A stretch of DNA of 64,000 bases from the NCBI GenBank assembly GCA_031268405.1, contig JAIRXF010000009.1, positions 21,053-85,052 of the forward strand, given 5' to 3'. The DNA comes from Oscillospiraceae bacterium. Lineage in GTDB: Bacteria; Bacillota; Clostridia; Oscillospirales; Acutalibacteraceae. The first letter of the stretch is position 1, and each line of letters opens with the position of its first letter. Below, in pieces: positions 13,340 through 24,116 of the stretch. The translations under genes and the position numbers were made by a program. The notes beneath the pieces are model-generated. The model was not told the DNA's origin. It saw nothing but the letters and a program-made list of their open reading frames with translations, and did not search any database.

Positions 13340-13933
13340 ATGGCTTATTTTGGAAAACGTCAGGTGGTTTTAGCAGCCTTGGTGGTGGCGTTGGGAGCTG
13401 CAATATATCTAAATTGGCAACTTTCTGACAAAGATCTTACTTCAACAAAAACGGCAAATTACGCAAAAGAGAAGGAGTTGGGAGAAGCTAAATTTGTGAA
13501 TAATAATTTAGAAGATGAAAAGAACGCAGATGGATCAAAAAGCTCGGACAATGATTCCGGTTCAAACGATAATGCTTTGAATTCTGAGCTCTTGACAAAA
13601 ACAAAACAAGATCGTCAAAAATCGCGCGAGGAAACTACGCGTTTGATAAAGGATACACTGAAGGATGCGTCGTCGAACGAAAGTGTCAAAAAGGAAGCCA
13701 TAAAACAAATGGGAGAATTCGCAAAGACAATTGAATTGGAATCCAACTTGGAAGCAATTATTAAAGCTAAGACGGGAGCAGAGAATTGTATAGTTTTTAT
13801 TCATGGAGATAAATGCAGTGTTATTTTATCCCTCAAAATTGATGGAAAAATTGCGGTGAATGTATCGGATGCAGTTAAAGATCAGGGGGGATTTCTACCC
13901 TCCAATATTAAAATAATGGGCGTAGACGATTAA
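13340..13933 (+). CDS. spoIIIAH: stage III sporulation protein AH
   Basis: N-terminal TM helix, a low-complexity acidic linker and a C-terminal YscJ-like domain. Last gene of the array. Confidence 0.7.
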   Translation: MAYFGKRQVVLAALVVALGAAIYLNWQLSDKDLTSTKTANYAKEKELGEAKFVNNNLEDEKNADGSKSSDNDSGSNDNALNSELLTKTKQDRQKSREETTRLIKDTLKDASSNESVKKEAIKQMGEFAKTIELESNLEAIIKAKTGAENCIVFIHGDKCSVILSLKIDGKIAVNVSDAVKDQGGFLPSNIKIMGVDD

Positions 13934-13953
13934 AGCAACAAAATTTTACCACT

Positions 13954-13975
13954 CCCACCTTAAATGGTGGGTTTG
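13954..13975 (+). terminator. candidate rho-independent terminator after spoIIIAH
   Basis: CCCACC (13954-13959), loop ttaaat, GGTGGG (13966-13971), then TTT. Confidence 0.45.
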
Positions 13976-14059
13976 GCCCCCATTTTTGTAAATAAATTGC
14001 AATATTTTATTTTAATTGAAAAATATTGACATCTCAGTGTATACATATTGTTATTAAGA

Positions 14060-14183
14060 TTTTCAACAAAAAAAATTACTAACAACAGCTCGTAAAAAGA
14101 TTTTAGAGCGTTTTTATGCCTATATTTATATCTTATCAACATTTTCAACAGAGTTTTCAACAGTTTCAACGTGATTTTCAACA
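14060..14183 (+). repeat. array of TTTTCAACA-like motifs (6 copies; 5 are phased at 9/12-nt intervals)
   Basis: TTTTCAACA occurs at 14060, 14142, 14154 and 14175, ATCAACA at 14135 and TTTCAACG at 14164. Confidence 0.6.
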
Positions 14184-14311
14184 ACTTTTCTTTTTTCAAA
14201 GATATACCCCTCGTAATTTCATCAAATAATTAGCGACAAAATGTTTTAAAATTACAATTAGTTACCCTCATTTAAAACCAATGTAAAAACAACATTTAAA
14301 AGAGAGATGCG

Positions 14312-14824
14312 ATGAACAAAAAAAGTTTTTTTTTAATGGAAATTTTTGGTGCATTTTTTATAATGCTCATGGGAGCATTTTTTAGTAATTTTCGACCAGA
14401 ATTTATCAACAAGACCACAATTCAACTGTTAACACAAAATAGAAATAGCGTATGGGAAGCAATAAAGGTATTTATAGTACCATATTGTTTGTGGTGTTTT
14501 GTAGAAATTTTGATATTAGATCTACCAATTCAAAAACTTTTTGTTACAAAGGTTTTTGATCTCTACCTTTTTGTTTGTTTAGTGCTTGTAAGTTTTGAAA
14601 TTTCAAATTACTTAAATATAGAGATGTCATTTTTTCCAGATTTTAATTTGATTTTCCTATCTTTATTATTGTGTCAACTTGTTTCTTATAGAATAGTAAC
14701 TTCAAGATTTTATTTAGATACATTCTTTTTAATGTCTTGTGTGTGCTTGTTGTTGTTTTTTTGTTTATATATTTTATTTACACTTTTCCCTCCAAAACTT
14801 GAAGTATTTTATGACTTCGGTTAG
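14312..14824 (+). CDS. hypothetical polytopic membrane protein
   Basis: A 170-aa ORF with about 5 hydrophobic segments. I do not recognise the family. Confidence 0.5.
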   Translation: MNKKSFFLMEIFGAFFIMLMGAFFSNFRPEFINKTTIQLLTQNRNSVWEAIKVFIVPYCLWCFVEILILDLPIQKLFVTKVFDLYLFVCLVLVSFEISNYLNIEMSFFPDFNLIFLSLLLCQLVSYRIVTSRFYLDTFFLMSCVCLLLFFCLYILFTLFPPKLEVFYDFG

Positions 14825-14971
14825 AATAAATTGGGGAGTTTTGAAAGCTAAGTTGTTTTTTAATCTCCGGTAATTAAGGGTTGGGAATCCCCGCAAAACT
14901 TGACAACAATTGGCATTTGGTAATAAAATCGTACCAAGAAGTGATTTTTATATTCCGGGGATGATGTTTGT

Positions 14972-15349
14972 GTGTTTAGAAGGTTAAATTTCTTTGTATT
15001 TTCTCTGATTGTCGTGGCGCACGGAGCGTCTTTCGCCAACACGACATTGTTGGATTTTTGTTTTGCCGAAGATAATCAAGCCGAGAATGACGGTGGAAAC
15101 GAGATGAAACCCGAAGACTGGGAGTTTATTTTGGAGGATAATAAAGAGGGAAATAACGATGAATTTAAATTTATACAAGATAACAAGCCTTCGACCGAAA
15201 AATCAGATAATATGTTGCCATATTACTTTTGTGGTATTGGTCTGACGTTTTGTGGGATTTTGGGAGCTGTTTTTTCAGTTTTATTTGCGATTGTTCAATT
15301 AAAGAGAATTAGGAAGAAAAAGCGGACAAGATCTCGCAAGTTTTTCTAG
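14972..15349 (+). CDS. hypothetical secreted acidic protein with C-terminal TM helix and poly-basic tail
   Basis: Signal-peptide-like FFVFSLIVVAHGASFA, an acidic middle region, then a C-terminal hydrophobic helix followed by KRIRKKKRTRSRK. Confidence 0.4.
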   Translation: MFRRLNFFVFSLIVVAHGASFANTTLLDFCFAEDNQAENDGGNEMKPEDWEFILEDNKEGNNDEFKFIQDNKPSTEKSDNMLPYYFCGIGLTFCGILGAVFSVLFAIVQLKRIRKKKRTRSRKFF

Positions 15350-15689
15350 GTATATATCTTACATTATGTGATTTAAGATGATACGTAAAACGCAGAAGTT
15401 GCATAGTATGTTAGTGCGGGGAAGCTGCCAGCAGTAACCGCTTTATATATAAGGTCAAAAGGGGATTTATATCAGCGAATATTTGACATTTTTGAATTTT
15501 ATTGCGCTGTGGCTTCCTTTGAAGTTCAAAGACCTTCTTACCATATTTCCCCTTTTGATTTTTGTGATTCAACAGGATATCAACAGCAGCAGTATAGCGT
15601 TTTTGAAGAGATCGGATCGCCTATTTAAAAGATGTTTTCACACTTTAATCTGGGATAATTTCATGAATTAACGTAGGAGTTGACTTATT

Positions 15690-16631
15690 ATGCCTCTTGT
15701 AAATACCAAAAAAATACTCGAAGGGGCCTATTGGGGAAAATATGCTGTTGGGGCGTTTAATATTAACAACATGGAAACAATTCAAGGAATAACTGCAGCT
15801 TGTAGTAAACTTAGGTCACCCGCAATTTTACAAGTTTCTCCGGGAGCTATAAAATATTCGGGTCCTACATATCTTGCAAAGCTTGTTGAAGCCGCAACTC
15901 TTACCCATCCAGATCTTCCCCTTGCTTTTCACCTGGATCACGGAGTTAGTTTTGATATTTGCAAAGATTGCATAGATAAAGGATTTACTTCGGTTATGAT
16001 AGATGGATCGGATCTTGATTATGAAGAAAATATTTATTTAACTAAATCTGTTGTAGATTATGCTCACGCCAGAGGAGTAACTGTTGAGGGAGAGCTTGGT
16101 CGTATATCAGGGATGGAAGACAAGATAAATACAACAAGCGGAGATTCCTTTTACACTGAGCCCGCTCAGACAGAGGATTTTGTTAAAAGAACCGGCGTGG
16201 ATTCTTTGGCAATTGCCATTGGAACAAGTCATGGTGTTTATAAATTTAAAAACAAACAAGAATTGCGGTTGAGGTTTGATATATTAGAAGAAATACAAAA
16301 AAAGATACCCGGATTTCCCATTGTTTTGCATGGTTCTTCTTCAGTAAATCAGGGAGTTGTGGAAGATATCAATAAATTCGGCGGCAAAATTCAATATGCG
16401 ATAGGAATACCCGAAAACGTGCTTAACGAAATTTCCAAGACAGCTGTTTGTAAAATTAATATCGATTCGGATTTAAGATTAGCAATAACCGCTACTATTA
16501 GAAAATATTTGATATTTGATCACCCCACAGAATTTGATCCAAGAGGCTATCTTGGCATGGCGAGAAAGGCAGTGGAGATGCTCGTAAGCCATAAAATAAA
16601 AAAAATACTTGGTAGTGAGAATAAAATTTAA
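15690..16631 (+). CDS. fba: class II fructose-1,6-bisphosphate aldolase
   Basis: GAFNINNMETIQGI, LHLDHG, SVMIDGS and GTSHG motifs. Confidence 0.93.
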   Translation: MPLVNTKKILEGAYWGKYAVGAFNINNMETIQGITAACSKLRSPAILQVSPGAIKYSGPTYLAKLVEAATLTHPDLPLAFHLDHGVSFDICKDCIDKGFTSVMIDGSDLDYEENIYLTKSVVDYAHARGVTVEGELGRISGMEDKINTTSGDSFYTEPAQTEDFVKRTGVDSLAIAIGTSHGVYKFKNKQELRLRFDILEEIQKKIPGFPIVLHGSSSVNQGVVEDINKFGGKIQYAIGIPENVLNEISKTAVCKINIDSDLRLAITATIRKYLIFDHPTEFDPRGYLGMARKAVEMLVSHKIKKILGSENKI

Positions 16632-16853
16632 GTTTTTTTATTAAGAATATTTACGAATAAGTAGGTTATCCTACAGTCAATGGATTTTAAGGTATCTCTT
16701 ATTGAATCCAGGCAAAATTGCTACAAACACAAAGGAATTTAGAAGTTTAATTACTATTTGGATAATCAGAAGTTTAAAAGTGGCTGGATTTGTGATAATT
16801 ACTGAAAAATTTATTGAGGAATGGTTGTGCGCGCGCAAAAGGAGGCGATTTAT

Positions 16854-17459
16854 TTGATATTGGAGCAAATAAATAAAGAGAAATTACTAATAGTTTTTTC
16901 CCACGAAGATATTAAAAAATTTGACACAATATACGGACAATCAATATATATCAAGGGAAACATGGTAAAAGTTATCAGAGAGGTTTTGTTTTTAGCGAGG
17001 GTTAAGACGGGTTTTAATTCTCAAAATCGGCGTCTGACGATAGAGCTTATAGAAAGGAATAAGAGTTGTTACGTTATGGCTACAATACTTCAGGAACAGC
17101 AAACTAAAACCCCACAAACCTACAGGATTAAACAGAGTGCGCGCAAATGTGTGTTTTCTTTTAGTATTCTAGAAGATTTACTTTGTGTGGTGGAGCGCGT
17201 TTATAGCATAGGCGTAAACGTTGTTAACAGTCAGATAGTGAGACGGGAAAACAAATATTTTATGATTTTGCAAGCTAGAAATGCCGAACTTTTAAGGCTT
17301 GCACCTATTTTAAGCGAATATGGTAAATTGGTGGGCGAAGGAAATACCGATACCGCCAGATATTTTGAATCAGGTAAGGTTATTATCAAAGACAGAGCGA
17401 TTCAAGTATTGGGCAGAGAATTAACCGACAGCCCCGAAGATGCTTGTTTGAGTAGATAA
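16854..17459 (+). CDS. mecA: adaptor protein MecA (TTG start after AAAGGAGG)
   Basis: N-terminus (M)ILEQINKEKLLIVFSHEDI. The C-terminal pattern FSFSILEDLL...ENKYFMIL...ILSEYGKL...GKVIIKDRAIQVL parallels B. subtilis MecA. Confidence 0.65.
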   Translation: MILEQINKEKLLIVFSHEDIKKFDTIYGQSIYIKGNMVKVIREVLFLARVKTGFNSQNRRLTIELIERNKSCYVMATILQEQQTKTPQTYRIKQSARKCVFSFSILEDLLCVVERVYSIGVNVVNSQIVRRENKYFMILQARNAELLRLAPILSEYGKLVGEGNTDTARYFESGKVIIKDRAIQVLGRELTDSPEDACLSR

Positions 17460-17755
17460 TAACTTACGTCTAAAATATTTAGAAAATTTTTCAAAAATAT
17501 AATTTAAGTTTCGCGAGGGGATTTGATGTGCAATTATTTTGCACAATACAACCAAAACTTTAGATATTAACTGTGGATTTGCAAAAATATTAAAAAACTG
17601 CAATCAATATATTGCTTATATTGACAATATAACAGCGTTCACGCTATGTCAAAATATCAATCAGTGATTATCTTTAAAATATTTGTTGGTTATTTTGGAA
17701 TGTTTTGGTTTGACTAATAACATGGATGATAATACAATGACCCTTAGCGATTTAT

Positions 17756-19363
17756 ATGTTTTGTATAATCGGTGCAGTGCGTCGGTTTATATTTGGGGGT
17801 GCTGGGCAATTGGAAATTTGGATTGTAATTGTGCTGATTCTGCTATGCGGTATTTTGAGTGGACTGGGTGGTTTTTTTGTCGGAAATAAGTATAGAAATA
17901 GATTAAGTAACATTGAAATAGGTTCGGCAAAAGAAAAAGCCAAGAACATTATGGATGATGCTGTTAAAGAGGCGGAGATTAAAAAAAGAGATATCGTATT
18001 ACGGGGCAAGGATGAGATCATAAAATTTAAGACAGATACCGATAAAGAGATTTCTGAAACAAGAAAAGAAATAGCCAGACAAGAAAGAAAGATTCAGGAA
18101 AAAGAAGAAAATTTTGATAAAAAACTTAATCAATTAGATGTAAAACACGAGATGATTGCCAATAAAACTAAAGCCGCGCAAGAAAAATTAAACGAGGCGG
18201 AGTTAATTAAGAAGCAACAAGCAGATTTGCTTGAAGAGATTTCTGGTTTTACCCGCGAACAAGCCAAGAAGTCCTTGTTAGATAAATTGGACGAAGAGTT
18301 AGATCATGAAAAAGCTTTAAAAATTAGGGAATTTGAAAGGCAAATAAAGAGTGATTCCGACAAAAAAGCCCGTGAGATATTATCTGTTGCTGTACAGCGA
18401 ATGTCGGCCGAACATGTTTCAGAATCTACCATTTCCGTCGTTGTTTTACCAAACGAAGACATGAAGGGCAGAATAATAGGACGTGAAGGTCGCAACATCA
18501 GATCCATAGAGACACTGACTGGTGTTGACTTGATAATTGATGATACCCCCGAAGTAATTACTCTTTCTACTTTCGACCCGGTGAGAAGAGAAATTGCCAG
18601 AATAGCGCTGGAAAAATTAATTTTAGACGGAAGAATACATCCTGCCAAAATAGAAGAAATGATAGAAAAAGCAAAACAAGAAGTGGAAGAAACAATTAAA
18701 TCCGAGGGCGAAAGAGCTGTTTTGGAAGCGAAACTTACCTCCATACATCCAGATCTCGTTAATTTTCTGGGTAGGCTTCATTATAGAACTAGTTACGGGC
18801 AAAATGTGCTCAGTCATTCCCTGGAGGTCTCGCATCTTTGCGACATGATTTCTTGCGAAATGGGTTTGGATTCTGTTCTTGCCAGAAGAGCGGGGTTACT
18901 TCACGATATCGGCAAGGCTTTTAGCCACAACGTTGAGGGCTCACACGTCGAGGTGGGTGTTGATATTGCCAGGAAGTATAAAGAAAACCCCGATGTAATT
19001 CACGCTATTGAGGCTCATCACGGCGATGTGGACCCCCAAACCGCCATTGCTTGTATTGTACAAGCGGCAGATGCTGTTTCGGCTGCTAGACCCGGTGCAA
19101 GAAGAGAAAATATAGAGAGCTATATAAAGCGCCTTAAAAAATTAGAAGAACTTGCTTTATCGTTTGAGGGTGTGGAGTATTGTTTTGCCATTCAGGCCGG
19201 TCGAGAAGTGAGGATTGTTGTGAACCCCAAACTGATAAAAGAAGATGCCATGGTTTTGCTTGCTAGAGATGTTTGCAAAAAGGTGGAATCAGATCTAAGT
19301 TTTCCAGGACAAATTAAGATCAACATAATAAGAGAGAATCGCGTTATGAAATACGCCAAATGA
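17756..19363 (+). CDS. rny: ribonuclease Y (likely true start TTG at about 17810)
   Basis: N-terminal TM helix, coiled coil, KH domain ([12 protein letters not shown]) and HD domain (LLHDIGK...IEAHHGD). Confidence 0.95.
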   Translation: MFCIIGAVRRFIFGGAGQLEIWIVIVLILLCGILSGLGGFFVGNKYRNRLSNIEIGSAKEKAKNIMDDAVKEAEIKKRDIVLRGKDEIIKFKTDTDKEISETRKEIARQERKIQEKEENFDKKLNQLDVKHEMIANKTKAAQEKLNEAELIKKQQADLLEEISGFTREQAKKSLLDKLDEELDHEKALKIREFERQIKSDSDKKAREILSVAVQRMSAEHVSESTISVVVLPNEDMKGRIIGREGRNIRSIETLTGVDLIIDDTPEVITLSTFDPVRREIARIALEKLILDGRIHPAKIEEMIEKAKQEVEETIKSEGERAVLEAKLTSIHPDLVNFLGRLHYRTSYGQNVLSHSLEVSHLCDMISCEMGLDSVLARRAGLLHDIGKAFSHNVEGSHVEVGVDIARKYKENPDVIHAIEAHHGDVDPQTAIACIVQAADAVSAARPGARRENIESYIKRLKKLEELALSFEGVEYCFAIQAGREVRIVVNPKLIKEDAMVLLARDVCKKVESDLSFPGQIKINIIRENRVMKYAK

Positions 19364-20037
19364 TTGTGTGATTACAGGCGAAAATTAGTATATATAATTT
19401 TGAAGAAGCAAGATGGTGTAAGTTGTGTTAATCAAACGGACAAAAATTATGTTAGATTCCGAAAATTGTACAATATAGAAGTACGAATAATTTGTAGTTT
19501 CATCCGATAGATGTTTAACGATAACATAAGAGGATTTTGCCTGTATTCGGCAACAAACAGTTACCCCCATATTTGTTTGAACAATAAATTTATTTTGTAT
19601 GCTCGTTCAATGGTTTGGGGAGTTTTGGAAATTCAATTCAATTTGTGTTACAATAAAGTAGGTGTTTGAGAATTTGAATGCAAGCTTGAACTCAAATAAT
19701 AAGAGTATGATTTTTGTTTTTAAAAACGCGCAGAATATTATATTTTCGATGAAACTGGTTACATATGGGTTGGGGTGGAAAGTGTGAGTACAAAAGAAGA
19801 TTTGAGTTGGACACAATCGACCAATCATTTGTATTAGAATTTGATTTTAATTATTAGAAAATTGAATTTTGAGGGGGTAAGTTGTTTGTGTTTATTTGAT
19901 TCTTATTTTTGAATTGTTTGTGATGTGATTTCAATGCGGTGGTATTTTTGAATATTTACTGAGAATTACCAATTTGATTTGCTGTTAATTTTAACTCTAA
20001 CAGATAAACTATTACTTTAAAAATGGAGGAAACATTT

Positions 20038-20307
20038 ATGGAAATTCTGAAAGTTTCGTCAAAATCTGCCCCAAATTCCGTTGCTGGCGCGATTGCTGGT
20101 GTTGTAAGAGAAAGGGGCTCGGTTGAAGTACAATCTGTTGGTGCTGGCGCTCTTAATCAAGCTATAAAAGCAATTGCTGTAGCGCGAGGTTATCTCGCTC
20201 CTTCTGGAGTAGATCTTGTATGTGTACCGTCGTTTACCTCGGTTAGCATAGATGGTAGTGATAGAACCGCTATGAAGTTAATTGTACGCTCGAGCAAAGT
20301 CGTATAA
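20038..20307 (+). CDS. spoVS: stage V sporulation protein S
   Basis: MEILKVSSKSAPNSVAGAIAGVVRERGSVEVQSVGAGALNQAIKAIAVARGY is nearly colinear with B. subtilis SpoVS. Confidence 0.95.
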   Translation: MEILKVSSKSAPNSVAGAIAGVVRERGSVEVQSVGAGALNQAIKAIAVARGYLAPSGVDLVCVPSFTSVSIDGSDRTAMKLIVRSSKVV

Positions 20308-20481
20308 AATACCAAGGCCCCAAGAGTTCCCTTGAAATTTCGATTTCGTTGTAATTGACGGAGTCGTATTTTGTGGGTCGGGTTTACAGATTTTTCAGTA
20401 ATTAAGTAAAATCCTGTTTACCTTAAATTATTGCCGCAAGACTTACCCCACGATTGTCAGAAATCTTTAGTCGCTGGTGAT

Positions 20482-21330
20482 TTAAGAGTATTTTTTCTTC
20501 ATTCTTTTCCCCCTGATGTTGGGACCCTCTAAAGCTCTTTTTTTAAATATTAATATAGATATAATACCATAAAATATACAAAATACAGATACCAATTGAG
20601 AGACACGTAACCATTCCAATCCCGGAACAACCAGACTGTCGGTTCGCAAAGATTCTATACAGAGTCTTCCGAAACCATACCAGATTAAGTAAAAAAAGAA
20701 TATTCTTCCAAAATATTTTCTAAATCTTAAACTCAAAAGATGTAAAAATATAAAACCTACAAAACACCACAGAGATTCGTAAAAGAAGCATGGATGTACA
20801 CCCACGCCCCTTGTCGCTTCGCTTTTCATTGCCCAAGGCAGATCTGTTGGTGTTCCGAATGCTTCTTGGTTGAAGAAGTTCCCCCACCTTCCAATGGCTT
20901 GCCCTATTAATAAGCCCAAAGAAGCTAAATCCAGTGCCGATAGTATATCTATTTGTTTTATTCTGCAAACTATTGTCCCCATTAAAATTGCCGTTATAAT
21001 TCCCCCATAAACAGCAAGACCACCCTCGTTTACATACAAAATACTAAGGGGATTTTTCAAAAATTTATCGCCCGGATAAAATATAACATAATAAACCCTT
21101 GCCCCAATCATTCCAAAACACAAACTGACTATTATTGTGTCTAATAAATTTCCCTTGTTTATGTTAAAGGTATTGGCGCGAGAGATTACATAAATTGTGC
21201 CCAGTAGACACGATAAAGAAAAGATAATCCCATAAAATTTAATCGGAGTGTTTCCGATATGAAAGGCGACGCTGTTTAAAGCAAAGGAAAGCCCCAATTT
21301 TTCAAATTCTACATTAAAAACCTGTTGCAT
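20482..21330 (-). CDS. lgt: prolipoprotein diacylglyceryl transferase
   Basis: GARVYYV and GRWGNFFNQEAFG signatures. ATG at 21330 follows AGAGGG. Confidence 0.9.
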   Translation of the reverse strand: MQQVFNVEFEKLGLSFALNSVAFHIGNTPIKFYGIIFSLSCLLGTIYVISRANTFNINKGNLLDTIIVSLCFGMIGARVYYVIFYPGDKFLKNPLSILYVNEGGLAVYGGIITAILMGTIVCRIKQIDILSALDLASLGLLIGQAIGRWGNFFNQEAFGTPTDLPWAMKSEATRGVGVHPCFFYESLWCFVGFIFLHLLSLRFRKYFGRIFFFYLIWYGFGRLCIESLRTDSLVVPGLEWLRVSQLVSVFCIFYGIISILIFKKRALEGPNIRGKRMKKKYS

Positions 21331-21680
21331 AAAACACCCTCTATAGTTTTTAAAAACATAAAAATTAGTCACCATTCCGACAACAGAATTTTATGGCAAA
21401 ATTTACTATAATTATATGAAATTTACGAGGTTAAAGTTCAATCAACAACCCCACGTTACAATAAGAAATTTTACATTGAAATTTTTAAAAAATCAATTAT
21501 CTTTTTGCATTTTATTGCATTAATTTTTTGTTGATGAAAATCCCCCCCAAATTCTTTATTAATTTTTCTCTCAAGAAATTCCATATATCGATAATTAAAA
21601 TTTTGTGAAGTGTCTATCAAGGTGTTTTTATTCATATAAATAGTTATTGTAAAATTTTAAAAACAAAGAAGGAATTAGAA

Positions 21681-22700
21681 ATGAAAAAAAAACTTATAAT
21701 TTTTGCCTTGATATTTCTGCCGGTGTTTGCAGTTTCTTTGGCTATTTTAACCCAATCTCATGTAAAAAAGGAATCTTCGACAGTGGTTTTATCGAATTCA
21801 AACGAAAAAGAATCACCCATTCAATCTATAGCCAGCCAAAATGAAGTGTTAGCAGAAAATAATTCCCTCAAGCTACTAGATGCCTCCAATGGGCAAATTT
21901 TAAACGTGACTTTGGAGGAGTTTATGTGTGGAGCCATTGCAACAGAAATGCCAGTTTTGTTTCAAACAGAGGCGCTCAAAGCACAGGGGGTTGCGATTTT
22001 TACAAATTGTGTTAGAGCTAGAAAAAACAAAAAGATGCAACCCAACAGTGTGGACCTTGAAGTTAATACAAAAAAATGGCTAAATTATACCACCAAAGAA
22101 GAGATGAAAAAGAAGTGGTCCAATTCATTTGATGAATATTACGAAAAGTTAAGGGAGATTGTAAACTCCATTAAAGGATTAACGATAAAAAGTGAAGGAG
22201 AACCAATTGTAGCATTGTTTTCTGCAATGTCAAATGGACAAACGGAAAAATCGTCGGATGTATTTGGGGGAAAATTGCCCTATTTAGTATCAACGCCAAG
22301 CCCCTCAGATATGTTGGTAGAGGGGTTTCAAACAAAAAAAGAAATAAGTTCCCAAGAGACAAAAAAAATTTTGAAAGAAAAATTTAACGACATTGTCTTA
22401 CCCGATGATAAATCTCAATGGTTTAGTGTAAAGGAAACAACTTCAACTGGATTTGTAAAAAAAATAAAAATAGGTTCAAGAGAATTTTCTGGTCAAGAAG
22501 TTAGGAATATTTTTGAGCTTCGTTCTTCAACCTTTACGATGTCTTTTTTAGATGATAAATTCACATTTAATGTTAGGGGTCACGGGCACGGAGTGGGCAT
22601 GAGTCAACAAGGGGCACAAAATATGGCGAAAGAAGGCATGACTTACAAGGAAATCATTGGCCATTTTTACCCACAAACAACAATAGAGAAGTTGATATAA
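21681..22700 (+). CDS. spoIID: stage II sporulation protein D (SpoIID lytic transglycosylase)
   Basis: Signal anchor, EEFMCGAIATEMP, ALKAQGVAIFTN and the C-terminal GHGHGVGMSQQGA. Confidence 0.88.
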   Translation: MKKKLIIFALIFLPVFAVSLAILTQSHVKKESSTVVLSNSNEKESPIQSIASQNEVLAENNSLKLLDASNGQILNVTLEEFMCGAIATEMPVLFQTEALKAQGVAIFTNCVRARKNKKMQPNSVDLEVNTKKWLNYTTKEEMKKKWSNSFDEYYEKLREIVNSIKGLTIKSEGEPIVALFSAMSNGQTEKSSDVFGGKLPYLVSTPSPSDMLVEGFQTKKEISSQETKKILKEKFNDIVLPDDKSQWFSVKETTSTGFVKKIKIGSREFSGQEVRNIFELRSSTFTMSFLDDKFTFNVRGHGHGVGMSQQGAQNMAKEGMTYKEIIGHFYPQTTIEKLI

Positions 22701-22745
22701 AGTGGATTTATTACAGATGTAGCAACAAAAAATATTATTTTTTTT

Positions 22746-22772
22746 AATCCCAATTATTGATTGGATTTTTTT
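22746..22772 (+). terminator. rho-independent terminator after spoIID
   Basis: AATCC(C)AAT / ATTGGATT stem (8 bp with 1 bulge), 5-nt loop, then a T run ending at 22772. Confidence 0.6.
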
Positions 22773-23129
22773 ATTGCGCCCAATTGTTGTTTTGCAAAAC
22801 CTTGGGATTCAATATTGTGTCAAAACACATTTAACGTTCGCAAAATGATTTTGTCAACACCCTCATTTTCAATCAATTAACTGGAATCTGATGTAAAGAT
22901 TTTTATGTGTTTGGGGGGTATAAAAAAACAAGATTAAACCCGATTTGATCGCAACGTTTATTGTGATTAACGAGTAATTTTAAAAAGTGAATATTGGTGG
23001 CAATCAAGATATCAACTTGTATTTTATACATAAATTGAATTGGATTATAAAATTTAATCTCCAAAGTGACATAATAATATTTTATTTGCCACCGCTTATT
23101 TTAATTAAAGTTTTATAAGGATATTTTTC

Positions 23130-23158
23130 TTCTAAACTTTTGCAAAGCGTGTTATAAT
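23130..23158 (+). promoter_or_regulatory. candidate sigma-A promoter with extended -10 (TGTTATAAT)
   Basis: TGT-TATAAT at 23150-23158, with a weak -35 TTCTAA at 23130-23135 (17-nt spacer). It lies about 115 nt upstream of the PHP gene. Confidence 0.3.
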
Positions 23159-23273
23159 GAACTTATTAGGGGGAGTATTGGTTGCGCCGTTTTCTCAACA
23201 AGATATATCAATGTGATATTTTATCAAGTTTTAACTCCGTATAAAATAAATGACTAGGATGGGTGGATTTTAA

Positions 23274-24116
23274 ATGAAAGCAGATTTGCATCTTCACACA
23301 AGACTTTCTAACGGCTCTACTGGTATAGATGAGCTAATATTTCTTGCAAAAAATAGAAAATTGAGTACTATTTCCGTTACCGATTACGATACCTTTGCTG
23401 GTTCTATAAGAGCACAAATTTTTGGTAAGAGATATGGCATAGAAGTGATATCTGGTGTGGAAATTACTGCGTTTGATTATCAGCGAAATAAAGAGGCCCA
23501 CCTCTTGTGTTACTCGTGTAAGCATCCCAACAGGCTTGAAGGATTGTTTAAGAAAATAAGTGATATACGAAAAAAATGTGCCTGTATAATGATGCAAAAA
23601 GTAGTTAGAATATACCCCATACTCCCAGAAATGGTGCTGAAAAAAGCCCAGGGTAGTAAAAATATTTTCAAGGTTCACATAATGCATGCTTTGGTAGATG
23701 CGGGCTATACCAATGATTTTTTTGGAGATCTTTATAAAAAATTGTTTAGTCCAAATTTCGGATTGGCGCTTTGCAAATCATCCGAATATCCCGATGTAAG
23801 AGATGTTCTCAAACAGATTAAAGGTGCTGGCGGAGTGTCGGTATTGGCGCATCCCGGCATATATGAGGATTACGATCTCATAGAAGAACTTCAGCAAATA
23901 GAGCTTGACGGAGTAGAGGTTTGGCACCCCAAAAACAAACCAAATGCAGAAAAAAAACTAGAGCAAATAGCAGATGAATACGATCTTTTAAAGGTTGGGG
24001 GAACGGATTTTAGGGGGATGTACACAGAAGAAGCAAACCCCATCGGCACCTGCATAACTCCACAGAAACAATTGGAAGTTATGAAGGTTAGGTTTTCCGA
24101 GAAGAATCTTGTTTAA
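23274..24116 (+). CDS. PHP-domain metal-dependent phosphoesterase
   Basis: N-terminal MKADLHLHTRLSNGS, the later SVLAHPG, and GVEVWHP. Confidence 0.8.
   Translation: MKADLHLHTRLSNGSTGIDELIFLAKNRKLSTISVTDYDTFAGSIRAQIFGKRYGIEVISGVEITAFDYQRNKEAHLLCYSCKHPNRLEGLFKKISDIRKKCACIMMQKVVRIYPILPEMVLKKAQGSKNIFKVHIMHALVDAGYTNDFFGDLYKKLFSPNFGLALCKSSEYPDVRDVLKQIKGAGGVSVLAHPGIYEDYDLIEELQQIELDGVEVWHPKNKPNAEKKLEQIADEYDLLKVGGTDFRGMYTEEANPIGTCITPQKQLEVMKVRFSEKNLV

Noticed and set aside
13960-14199. The 79-aa minus-strand ORF in the spacer after spoIIIAH.
   Set aside because: Its repetitive LKxLLK sequence is simply the translation of the TTTTCAACA/TGTTGAAAA motif array. It has no RBS and starts inside the spoIIIAH terminator region.
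15350-15689. A riboswitch or small RNA upstream of fba, and the 62-aa ORF at 15483-15671.
   Set aside because: I could recognise no conserved riboswitch core (TPP, SAM, FMN, glmS, c-di-GMP or SRP-like motifs). The ORF has no RBS and an implausible composition.
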